Part shown: piece by piece, positions 30,344 through 41,836 of the stretch
Position numbering within the stretch: the stretch's first letter is position 1
How the letters are laid out: every line of letters begins with the position of its first letter
Source of the DNA: Lama guanicoe
Lineage: Eukaryota
Direction of reading: 5' to 3'
DNA length: 64,000 bases
Assembly: GCA_013239625.1 (NCBI GenBank)
Contig: MU053561.1
Coordinates: 5,320,439 to 5,384,438 of the forward strand
Program-made: the position numbers and the translations under genes
Notes under the pieces: generated by a model
Told to the model about the DNA's origin: nothing
What the model saw: the letters and a program-made list of their open reading frames with translations, nothing else
Database searches by the model: none

Positions 30344-30839
30344 GCTGAGTCATGTGCCTGGACTCTCTCCCCTTGCTGGCATCAGTGCTTCACCTGTTAA
30401 GGAAAGAGATGACTGTAAGACCACGAGGACACCCACCTGCTTGTTCACCCGCAGAGGTGCCCTCCATTCTGCCTAATCTAACCAGTGGTGTTTTCAGAGG
30501 AACAAATCCTTTTCCAACTGAGCGTGCATGCTAAAAAGCTGTATTTTCATGGTTTTCAAATAGTGTGAATAGTCAGGAGACTAAAGACCACTGTGTTATG
30601 GCAACATAAGGACAATTTTTTAAAGTTAGGAAATTTATTCTGGGCATTTCAGTGCTGTGACAGTTATATTTACTGAAAATACTCTTCTGGGTAACTATGG
30701 TAGTTGCCCAAAGCATGAAGCAAATATCCTTTATTGGAAATATGCAAATTCAGTACTTTTCTATTACAATCTATAGAATTGGAGATTTCATTTCTCTGGC
30801 AAAGAGAGATCAAGTTTAAACTATTCCAGGTTGAACCCA

Positions 30840-30845
30840 AATAAA
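30840..30845 (+). terminator. PHTF1: candidate PHTF1 polyadenylation signal AATAAA
   Basis: AATAAA ~500 nt after the stop, followed by a U/GU-rich tract (tttttttgttgttgttg, ~30878-30894). Confidence 0.65.
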
Positions 30846-31509
30846 AGAACTTTATTGGAGAATTTCAGTTTCTAGGCTTTTTTTGTTGTTGTTGAAAGAA
30901 AAAAGATAACCTTTTAAACTGTGACTTTCTGTTAAACTATGGAGAAAATTTTAATTAGTTTATAATTTTGAAGTTAATCCTAATAACTGTATAGTTGTTG
31001 GTGAGAGTCATGCATACAAGGCACGTAATTCAGCATGAGAAATTGAAGGATACGCACACTCACCCATGTCCACCGAGCACCATGCTTTCTGTTTCAATCA
31101 CCGGACTTGCGTTTCCCATGGCAGTGCTAAGTGAAGCATCAATAGTTTGTGTTGTGCTGCTTAACGTATTCAACTCTCAGTACAATCTCAGGTTCTCAGT
31201 GTCTATATTCAGCCAAGCTCTGGCACTGATGACTTGGATTCTCTTGTCAGCACCCTCATCACACACGCAGGCATGTACATAAGTTAATGGAAACTCTCAT
31301 AGTCTGCATACAATTCTTGCTCATTAACTTACGTGCTTTCAGGAATCTCTTGAGGCAGGTTGAAAGCCCACATTTTAATAAGATTTTGTGACTTTTAAAA
31401 TGGAAATAATTAAGAAACTTAGTTATTACATGTAAAATATGTACATGCAAAATCAGGCTATTATTTACACATATCCTAATTTTTGAGGTTTAAAGATGAA
31501 TTTCTCAAG

Positions 31510-31735
31510 GCCAGGGACTGAGGTCAGACCTTTCTGGATTCATATTCTTGGCTCTATCACTTAATAGCTTCATAATCTAAGGCAAGTTACTTAACTTTTT
31601 TGCATCTCAGTTTCCTTACCTGTTCAATGGGGATAAAAACTACCTAAGGTTAAATGAGATTATGATGTAAGGTACTTAACACAGCATAAAGTACTTAGCA
31701 CTTAGTAAATACACAATCAACATTTGTAATTACTG
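31510..31735 (+). mobile_element. MIR SINE
   Basis: ggcaagttacttaac...tctcagtttccttacctgttcaatggggataa...taaggtacttaacacag. Confidence 0.8.
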
Positions 31736-32659
31736 TTTAAAACCCTTTAAAAATCTTTTGTTGATAGTTTCCTAACTGTGAAGATAGAAACACAGGGGCA
31801 GGGTTGCTGAACTAGAAGTGAATTACCAAAAATTTGCAGCCATTCTAAATGCTTCCTGAGAGTTACAATTTTTTAAAAAGGTAAAACCCCACTATGGTGA
31901 TTAACCTCTAGAAGGAACTGTTCTGTAAAGGCACTTCAGTGTCTCAACAGGTGGCTCATGGAAATCATGCTGGAACTATTTTCCATAAGGAACAACAGCA
32001 ACATCTCAAATCCAAGACTGAGCTGCTCAGTGTAGATTTCAGATGAACAAACCTAATGCCTTCATCTTTTTCTCCTACAGAAAACTGCTGTTCTGTGTTT
32101 TACGCAGTGAATCTTTCAGCTCAAATGCAGTATGTAGAATAGTTTACTCTTGAGTTGTTTTAGTTATGGTTTGATGGGGTATAATTGGTTTAAATGATTT
32201 TTCAGGTGGTAAAATCATATGTAAGTAGAGTTGCTCATCACAGAAACTTGGGAATCATTTTTGACTCTTGCATCTTTCTCACACTTGACATCCAATCTCC
32301 GAGTCTTTGAATAATTATCTTCTAGATACTTTCCCAGTCAGTCCTTTCTCCATCCCCACTTCCACCACCTTCATGTGAGTCAGTGCCTTTTGTTTTTGAA
32401 CAAGATTCTGCTTTTCTGCCCTTACATATGCATATTACCCCCTCCCCCATGCCCGCCTGTTCGTCTCAAAAGCTAATGTGTCTTTTCTGAAATGCAACTC
32501 TCATCATGTAGAATCGGTTAATGATTTAGGATTACTTTGAAGATAAAAATCCAAAATCTTTTTAGCAGAGTGTACAGGCCTACCCTGTTGAGTAACATTT
32601 TGAAATCTTTATGTTTGAAAGATATTTTGTGCTGGGCATAAAATTCTAGTTTTCAAGAT

Positions 32660-33930
32660 GTTGCTCTTTAATTTGTCTGTTGAATTATAATGTGCGTTGG
32701 TATAGTTTTCTTCATTTTTTTTTGTGCCTGGAATTTGTAGCACTTACTGGAAATCTGGGTTTATAGTTTTCATCAAATTTGGAAAAATTTTGGCTGTTAT
32801 TTCTTAAAATAAGTTTTCTCTCTCCCAGTCTCACCCACCTCCTCCTGCGACTCCAGTTCACATGCATATTGGGCTGTTTGAAGTGGCCGCACAGTTTACT
32901 GGTATTCTGTACATTGTCCCCGTCTTCTTTCTCTGTCTTTAATCTTGGATAGTTTCTATTGCGGTGCCATCAAGTTCACTAACCTATTTTTCTGCACTAA
33001 TTTCCCACCCAATGTATTTTTGTCTACAGACGTTTGATTTTGCTTTTTTGGTTTTCATATCTTCCATGTTTCTTTAACATGCTATTTCTTTTCTCCACCT
33101 TGTTAACATAATATTTACAATAGAAATTGTAAATAAGGACATTAAAACAGCTATCATTAGTGTCATTTGGGGTTTTTAATTGATTTACTTTTCTCCTCAT
33201 TTTGGGTCCTATGTTCCTGCCTCTCTGCATGCCTAGCAATTTCTTATTGGGTGTGGGTTTTTATATTGTTGGGTGTTGGGTTTTTGTGTATATGTGCGTA
33301 TTAAGTATTCTCGAGCTTTGTCTTAGAATGCAGTCGAGTTACTTGGAAACAGTTTGATCATTTCAAGGCTTGTTTTTAAGCTTTGTTAGGTGGGCCCGAG
33401 CAGCCTTGAGTCTTGGACTACTTTTCTCCACTAGTGAAGTGAGCTCCTCCAAAGGATTCTACTCGATGCCCTCTTCGTGGTAAGGGTTTTCCAGTTTTGA
33501 CAGTAGGAACATGAATTATTCCCAGCTCAAGAATTTTTGGCCTGCTTCTTTTTGGTGGTTCTTTCCCTGTTGTTGAGTATTTCCTTGTGCTGATCAACAC
33601 TCTCCTGAAGACCTCAGAGGAACCCTGTGTGCATCTTTGGTACTCTCTTCTCTCTGTGCAGCTGTCTTCTCTCTGGTCCTCGGCCCTGCCAATTCTAGCT
33701 GATCTGGCCTCCCGAAATTCTTAACTTTTGTCTCCTCAACTCAGCCAGACTGCTTGGCTTGGGTTGGGTTCCCCTTCTTGCACCACAGCCTAGCAACTGC
33801 CTCCAAGCGACCTGGGCAGTCATGGGGCTCACTCCATTTAACGCCACCATCTTTTACTGCCTGTTGTCCAATATCTAACACCCATTTTTTCATATATATT
33901 TTTCCTTTTTTTTTTTAAAGTTAAGATGGG
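32660..33930 (-). mobile_element. ancient L1M 5'/ORF1 region, antisense to +
   Basis: ttcatcaaatttggaaaaattttggctgttatttct, tggatagtttctattgc, ttacttggaaacagtttgatc. Confidence 0.65.
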
Positions 33931-34463
33931 AGAGTAAATGTTTTTCTACCTTAGTAAATGGAACAAAGTTTACTCAATTGTTCAAGCCAAAGGCTTAGGG
34001 TTTTTTCCTGGTTCCTCTCTCTTCTTCTGTATCTAACCTGCCGCCCAGTCACATCAGTTCTGTTTCCCCAGCTACCAGGCTAAGCCTCCTTCTCCTGGTT
34101 ACTGTGCTGACCCGCTGTTCTCGCTCCTCCCTGGCCTCCCTCAGCCACATAAATGAGCTTAAAAATACGGAAACTATAAAACTGTATGATTCCTGCTTTC
34201 TCTTCCTGGCTTTCCCTGTGGTGGCCTCCAAGACCTTCCTCGTCAGGCCTGACTCCCTTTCCAGTTTCACCTTCTCAGTACCTGACAACCACACCACACT
34301 GGCTCCCTCCTGTTCCTCCGTTATACCAACTTCTTTCTTATTTCAGGCAGCGCCTGGAATATGTTTTCTTAAGCTCTCCCCTGAATGTCTTCTCAGCTGT
34401 CAGCTTCTCAGCAGGACCTTCTCTGATGACCTGAGTGACAGCAGCTCCCCGCCTTACCCTTTT

Positions 34464-34524
34464 TGTCAGTCCTTCCTGTTCATGTCAGTCCTTCCTGTTC
34501 ATGTCAGTCCTTCCTGTTCATGTC
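34464..34524. repeat. perfect 19-bp tandem repeat (TGTCAGTCCTTCCTGTTCA) x3 plus 4 nt
   Basis: units at 34464, 34483 and 34502; lies inside an L2 fragment (~33960-34740). Confidence 0.95.
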
Positions 34525-37291
34525 CTTCATGGCACTTATCAAAATCAGATTATCTTGTTTATTTTTTTGCCTATTTGTTTATTTTTTTGTTTCTGTCCTT
34601 CCCGATTAGAATGTAAGCCTCATAAGGCGAGGAATTTTTGTGGTTTTTCACTCCTAGGTCCTCAGAATGCAGAAGAGTACCTGACCCCATAATAGGTGCT
34701 CGGTGGTACTCATTAGCAATGTATAAAATGAATGAAGAATGGATCTCAACTAATTTGCCATTTATGCAGTATTTTCCCTGTTAGGATGGAAGACTTGTAC
34801 TCTCAGTGCTTCATTTATTCCTGTACAATAACTTCTAAGAACTTGGACTTTTGTTTTAATCACCCAAAAGGAGTGAAATATAATTGACAAAATTTACCTA
34901 TTATTTAGAAATTAAACCAAGATGTAAGAACTAGATTAGGGCATTCATATATTTAATTGAAATAGTAATAACCCTAGAAAACGAAGGAAAATACTTGTTC
35001 AGTTAACTTTACAATTGTATAGGGAAAAATTATCCTTCCTAAAATTGCTATGGAGGTCTAACTTCAAACTTCCTAAATATGTATATTATGCCTCATGTAT
35101 AATATAAACACTGAAAAGTCGAATATCCAAATACTTGCCTAATTGGGGTATGGTTTTCTTGACTTTCAGAGACAAGTAGAAAAATTCTAAATGCCAGGAT
35201 GTCCTACAAAGTATAAGCTTACAGGTCTGTTTTTATTTTTGGTACATTGTATCTAGAGGTAAGTGAACCCATGCACTGCAAAAATAACCCTCTTGTAAGT
35301 TCGTGACATTCATTTTTAACATTTTAGAACTACCGCTCTATAATGGGCCAAATGGGTCTCACTCCCAAATACAGCATATGATTTGGGATAATCAAGAAGT
35401 AAATTCATTAATCTCATGCATTGATTAGACTGTCATTTAAAGTAATCCTTTGCTTCTTGCAGTTACTGGTGCCCATCTAGAATAACGCAGTTTGAATTTC
35501 ACAATGTGCAGCAATTCCATGCCTTTCCTGCAGCACGCTCTGAGCCTATACGCTGTAATGAGGTATTACTCCAGGTAACAGGTGGTGGTTGTTTATTAAG
35601 GACAAAATAAGCCTCTTGGTTTGCGTATTTGTTAGTAGTTCTGCTTGACCTTAATGCAAATATTGTCAAATAGACAAATACCCACAGGATTCTTTGTAAA
35701 AAATATAGGTTCAGGTTAAATTAAAGCACTTGGCTGTATTTTTGTATTTTAATTTTTATGTGCAAAATGTTCAGAGTTCTTTAACAGAGAATTCTAGTTC
35801 TCATAGACCTTCATACTCTCTTCTTATACTTAAGTAAAGCCTTTTTACTTGCAAAAAGCAAGACTGAAAACAGATCCAAGTTATCGGATATCTTAAAGTA
35901 ATTCAGTTAACTCAAGCAGAGAGTGTAGATTTCATGCAATGATTATGGCATGTGGTAAACAAGTCATCGCATTGCTGATAAACCTTAACAGCGTGACCAG
36001 TAAAGAGCTGCCTAAGTGAAATCTGTTACCATGTAAAAAGCACAAGTGGTTGTTAGCACTGGCGCATGCCAGGATGATGTAAGAAGTTGTTGTGATGTAT
36101 TCTTCATACCAGACTGAAACATCACGTTTTGTGACTGAAGTCTGTTTACACCAGTGTCCCTTATTTCCTGGACCTCACTCTGGATTGAGCTTCAGCTTAA
36201 ACACATCGTAGTGGAGGTCATTAGTCAGACTGTCACATAGTTTACCTAATTTGAGTACTCCTTGCTTTCTTAAAAACCCAATTCTTTTTGAATGTTGGGT
36301 ATATTAAATATGAAATTCTTCATTTGTCCACATGTTTAAAAGCAATTAACTTTTTCTACATGAGACTATTAAAAAAGTAAATAACCAACATATTCTCATG
36401 TAGAAATAAAAAGCCAAATGCTTTTCTGTGTCCAAGACTTCTGAAATAGCAATTGATGCTGTACAAAAGCTACTTGGTCCAAAAAATTTGTTGTTAAGTA
36501 GGTTAGAAAACAGCATTATAGAACCTTACTAATCTCTCTAGGGAGGCAATGTGATAGCATCCCAGAACTTTTTTGCTCTTGTCAGTGAGGCAATGTGTCC
36601 ACTAAACCAACAACAAAGTGATTTTGCTGTGACACCCATCTCCATGGTCGGGCTTGGGAGCCAGGGGTCTCATGTTTATTTTTAGTGTGGGTTCACGCTG
36701 GTAGGTAGGAGTTAATTTTTCTCTTCAAGAGTATTAAGTTAACCATTGTCTTGAAATAGGTTTTAAACTTCATTTATAGCAAGAATTCAAGTGAAATCAA
36801 GTCAAGACACTTCATTCTAAAAGTAAGTACAACCTATAGCAAATAAAACGATTTAAAAATAACGTGAAATGCCATAGTCTGATGAAACAGAGTTTGTGAC
36901 CTTGCGGTAACTGGACTGGTACTATTGTGTCCATTAGAAATGTCTAGGACCAATTTCCAATAAGACAAGTCCTTTTCTCTCCCTGACAGTATAAGGGTTT
37001 TGGGGGGAAGCAAATTATTTATGCAAAGCTATTTTCCTTACAATGAAGGGTATGAGGTAGCTGTAATGACTTTTACCTCTAATTTTAATCTTTACACATA
37101 TAGCTATGCAGGAAAAGTCATCATTTTAAGAGTCTTCCTGATTGTAGGACTCTGAATGTTTGTTACGTGCAGAGACAAAATCTATTAGCGGACTCAGATC
37201 ATGATGACAATTAGCTCCATAAATAGAGAGCAACATTAAATAAACCTGATGGTAAAAGAAATGCAGGCCATAAACATTCTGGTTTGGTTTT

Positions 37292-37297
37292 TTTAAT
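37292..37297 (-). terminator. MAGI3: candidate MAGI3 proximal poly(A) signal ATTAAA
   Basis: tttaat on +; UGUA motifs upstream and a U/GU-rich tract downstream on the minus strand; ~1.8 kb after the long-form stop. Confidence 0.45.
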
Positions 37298-39121
37298 ATC
37301 TATATAAAAAATAACGAGCGATTTACAGATCTTTCTCTAATCAGAACCTCAGGTGTATATATAAAGGTACTGTACAATATATAAACATTTACAACCAGTA
37401 CATCCATATTTTGCTTAGCATTCCAAGGCCACATTGCTAAGTCGGTATATAATCAGTACAGTGACAGGTTACTGAGGAAAGAGCCACTTCAGACTGACAA
37501 CATATGACATCAAAGTTATGTCACAGTTAACAATAAAAATAGGATTTTTTTATCACTAATTGTGGACTATAGGGAAAATAAATCATTTCTGTGGTACTAA
37601 ATTTTTAGCATTTATCAAGCCTTCTAATTTTGCTCTATTCAAGTAGTTACAATAGGTGGGTAAATATAGTTCTGGATGAAAAGGGGGTTTCAAAACTCTC
37701 ACTCTGGGAAACAGGTCTTATCTACAGGGGCTGATTCAGTTGTTACAGTGAAGAATTTCACAGTCGGACTCTGAGAGGGAAGGACCAGGACATGATGTGT
37801 TCACAATAACGAGATGAACCCAGGGCAACAGAACAAGTGTGTTCAACTACTCCATAAAATGGTTTTATTCTGAGTGCGCCTTTATTTATAGATGCTACTG
37901 AATGCTGCTTCCGGGGGCTGAAAAACCTGGATCTATTTTATGGAGTTAAAAACTCTCAACCTTCCAACAAACATTTCTAATTGACTTACAAATTTTTTCT
38001 GCTTAGCTTGTACAAAATTTCACATGTTTAGTCTCCCTTTCTTGTGTTTAAATGTTAATGTAGCTAGAAATTAAAATGAAATAAGATCTAGCAAAGACTG
38101 TCTCCCACCACCTTTGTCCTCATGTGCTGAGCCCGTCCCATGCAGGTTCTGCTTCTAAACACACGGACTTGTACAGCTGCTACCAGAGGGGCTGGCACTC
38201 CACCTGGCAACGGACTGTGGAGCTGGTTTCCTAAGTCCCTCTTCAAAGACATATTGTGTATTAATGACTAATGACTTAGGAGTTGGTTCAACTGAAATAC
38301 CCAGACATAGAAAATTTGGTAGTTTTTCTTCAAACAGCGATAAGCAGTATGGTCCGTGTGCTTTGTTGTGGTGTTACAGTAAAATAACTGAAATAAAAAG
38401 GTGGTCTGGGATGCTACAGCACTTGAGGGTTGGGTAACATAGCAGGAGGTGAACTCTTAATTGCCTGAAGTATTTTCTCCTTGGAACATACATTTGTTAA
38501 GTCATATCTTTAACAGTGACTTGAAATACCTTATGCAGCCGAATTAACATAAAAAACTGTAAGAAGGCCAGTATTTGACTACATTTTTTTTCTTTACAGT
38601 AGTGACGTTTGAGGTTGTATTTTTAAACTGGGACACCATCAGTAGCTGTTACAAGCAGCAACGGCCGCCTTTAATGATTTAACAATCTCTTCTTCTGCAG
38701 GGGCTCAACTACGTCTCTCTAAACATGCAACATGCTATTGAGAATATCAACTTCCAAGCCAAAGCTAGTTTTTTTCATTAGTGTGGAAATATGTTTGTGA
38801 GAAGGATAAAATAGATATGATACAGTAGATAACTTGGCACAAATGTAACGGGAGTTGTGACCACGCTGTGGGTATCACTGCGTCATGTGTGGGGACGCCC
38901 GGGGAGACGAGGTGGTGCGAGCGAGGAGAGGCAGCCGGCGGGGGGCAGTGGATTCGTAGCAATCCTAAAGGCCCTTCATGCAGCCAGCTAACTCGATGCT
39001 CAAATTAAAATGTACTTAGGTGTGTTTCAGAATTTCTGAAAAATTTGATTTTTTGGAGGGGTAGGAAATGCTGCTTTTTAATAAGAAAAGGTGATTGTGT
39101 TTCCTTGCTTTACACTGAAGG

Positions 39122-40206
39122 TCACAGCCGCTTCTCGGCCACACCAGTAGTGCCTGTGGCTCTGCCTGCACTGGGCACCTTCCACGGCCCTGGCGTGATG
39201 GGTGTTTTCTTAACTGGAGAACCGCTCTCAGGTCTGAGTCCTCCGCTCTCTTTGTTTTTGTCAGCCACCTCTACTTCTTTGCCTTTGTGATCTTCTATTT
39301 TGTTTAAAACCGTTCTTTCTTCGGGTTCCTGCTTCAGCTTCTTTTCTGCCATTTTGACATTTTCTCCTGTTTTCTCTTTACTGGAACTTGCTTCTCCTAA
39401 GGTTGCTTTCTTCCCTGATACTACTCTACCAGCTGGGTTAGTCTTTTTGGATGGAAGAGACGTTTCATCCGTTCTCTTGCTCTTTTTCTCTGGAGACCTG
39501 GTTCTGTTTTTTCCGGGCTGACTCTGGTTCGGATCTCTCCTGCTGACACCTGCGCTTTCCCTCCCACCTGCGCTCTGCTCAGCACTGTCACTGGCACGGC
39601 CCCCTCCTCTTCCACTCGCACTTGGTTGGTCTTTGCTCCCTTCAGGTTTTTGCTGCTTCTTTGGGCTTGAAGACCGTCCTCTGCTTTTTTTGCAGTGATC
39701 TTGTCCAGAACCTGCCCCCGTGCTGATCTGACAACTTTTATTCTCCCCTTTCCTGGGGCTGAGTGATCGATCTCTGGGTCTTCTTTTGGGGTCATGTTTT
39801 AGAGGACTGGGAATCTTTTCCGAGGATTGCTCCTCTGAATAGCGACTGGCTGACTTTTTGGGACTAGCAGATCTACCTCTTTGTGTGACACCGTTTTCTA
39901 CTTTCAAGAGATTTTTCTTATCACTGTGCCCATGACTGTTGGGTGGATCCCTTTTATTCACATTTTTATGAAGAAGAGATTGATGCTTTAAATCAGGTTG
40001 ATTTTCATTTAAAGTGCTTTTCTTTTCAGGCACAATGTCCTTGAATTCTTCTGCCCTTTCACGTATCTGAACTCTCGTTAAAGATTCTTCACTTACTGGC
40101 ACATGAGACTCTTCGAATATGGAAGCAGTGTGTGAAGATGGGGGAAATGGTGACTGTTCATCATAAATCACGTTTGAAGATGAAGGACTATTAGTATCCC
40201 AATCAT
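39122..40206 (-). CDS. MAGI3: MAGI3 long terminal coding segment [18 protein letters not shown]...[24 protein letters not shown]
   Basis: T-tract/ag acceptor at 40208-40207; phase 1; open for 1085 nt (includes ORF 39122..40171); Lys/Ser/Glu-rich. Confidence 0.93.
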
Positions 40207-40850
40207 CTAAAAAAAAGTGATTTGAATAGAATATTATTACATTTTAGGATTATGAATAGGAACAATTAAGTTTTGAACTGTGACAGCCATTTGAATTGCA
40301 CTAACTGCTTAAACAGCCTGAGTATTTTAAGAAGTTTACGTATGTTTAGATCTCGCTATAAAGCCAGATGTATACGGACAGCTGTACTTGAACGTGAAGG
40401 GTAGGTTATTTTATATATATATACAAAATAATATTACACAAAATAATTAGAAAAATGAATACTAAGTGAAGTATATGATGTGTAGATTCTTTATAAATAG
40501 TAAAAGCCCAATTAAAAAAACCTTAAATAAATAATGAGATCAGACCAAAGTACCTGGTCCAAGCAGCTTACTGATGCAGCTATTACTGATGGACACAGCT
40601 TAAGGATAGGCCAGAATCACTAATAAAGGAGCCAAATTATGGTACCAGAATGGAATTCATGGGCATTTGTCAATCATTTTCTTGCATTAAGCTGCCAAAT
40701 TTAATGTCAAAAGGAAACTGAAAAGTGCAGAAGATAGAAGTAGATGTATTTAATTAGCATCATTTTTAATTAAAAAGAAGGAAGTGATTTACAAGACATG
40801 CAAATTTACCAAGTCTTTTTAAGGAAAGACCAAGAAAAGCCCTGAAAGCC

Positions 40851-40900
40851 TTAATGTTGCTCAGGTTTCACGTAGGAGCACAGACCGGAAGGAGCCAAAC
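40851..40900 (-). CDS. MAGI3: MAGI3 alternative short terminal segment GLAPSGLCSYVKPEQH*
   Basis: tttttctcttccttcttcag acceptor; phase-1 join to exon 41698-41836; TAA at 40853-40851; matches the short MAGI3 C-terminus as I recall it. Confidence 0.9.
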
Positions 40901-41697
40901 CTGAAGAAGGAAGAGAAAAAGCCTAGGACTGTGTAAAAAAAAAAATCACAGCGCAGTTAGCAAGGATGTCACCGGGAACATACGATTTACAAGCAGATTG
41001 TGGAAGGTAATACAGTCAGAGAATTATAGGCTGGAAGGGGGCTGTAGGAGGTCATGTCTACACTGATCCCTCAAATGCTCTCTGCGGGGAAGGGAAGGGA
41101 ACCAGAAGGGACAAGGGCTAAGTGGTGTGGTATTTTATTTCTAGACTAGTGCGCTCAACTGAAAAGCAGTGATTTTCAAATACTGTGATATTTCAAAAGC
41201 ATATAATGAAACCAAGGAAGTTTAAAGTCAGTACAGGAGTACAGAAACGGTCCCAGGTCCAACTCCTTGACTCCAGGTAGGGCTATAGCAACTTGTTTTT
41301 GACAATGACCAGAAAAACCTGAAGTTTTTATGTTGACTCATTAAGAGAGAAACTTATCTTACTAGGAGGAAAAAAACAACATTTGAAGAGATTTCAAATG
41401 TTTTTCATGACATTTAAATCGTTTGCCTCTAATGTTCTTATTTTTTACAGACGCATTTCTCTACAAAAGCAACTGCTTTCTGTTGAGACTAGCTTAACAT
41501 ATGTAAGTTCCAACGGAAGTCCTACAAGAAGTCACTTATTTTGTAATATTATTATTAACTATGCTATGTAACTAACTTTAAGATGGTTCTGGTGTTTACC
41601 TTTGAATTAGCTGGTGAAATATCTATCCCCTTTTCCCTCTGCCGCCCCTTCCCTAGCATACTCAACTTTTCAGCAACAAGGGAGCTGCTTTACTTAC

Positions 41698-41836
41698 CGT
41701 GGTCGGGTATCAAGCCAGTTCCTGGCCTCAAAAGAAGAAGAACTTTATTTCCACCGGCCTGAATGAGCTCAATTGCTCGAGTATGTGTGATGCCTTGTGT
41801 AGGTTCCCCATTGATTTCAACAATCTGGTCACCAAC
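41698..41836 (-). CDS. MAGI3: MAGI3 exon, last PDZ C-half: [46 protein letters not shown]
   Basis: ttccctgtccag acceptor, G|gtaagt donor; 139 nt; missed by the ORF track. Confidence 0.96.

Noticed and set aside
34464..34524. Direct repeats resembling a CRISPR array
   Set aside because: No spacers, only three units, mammalian context; a simple tandem repeat.
34104..34616. 170-aa ORF on +
   Set aside because: Lies within a degenerate L2 and the tandem repeat; low complexity; no splice or homology support.
39045..39795. Overlapping or antisense ORFs within the MAGI3 terminal exon
   Set aside because: Expected shadows of a purine-biased coding exon.
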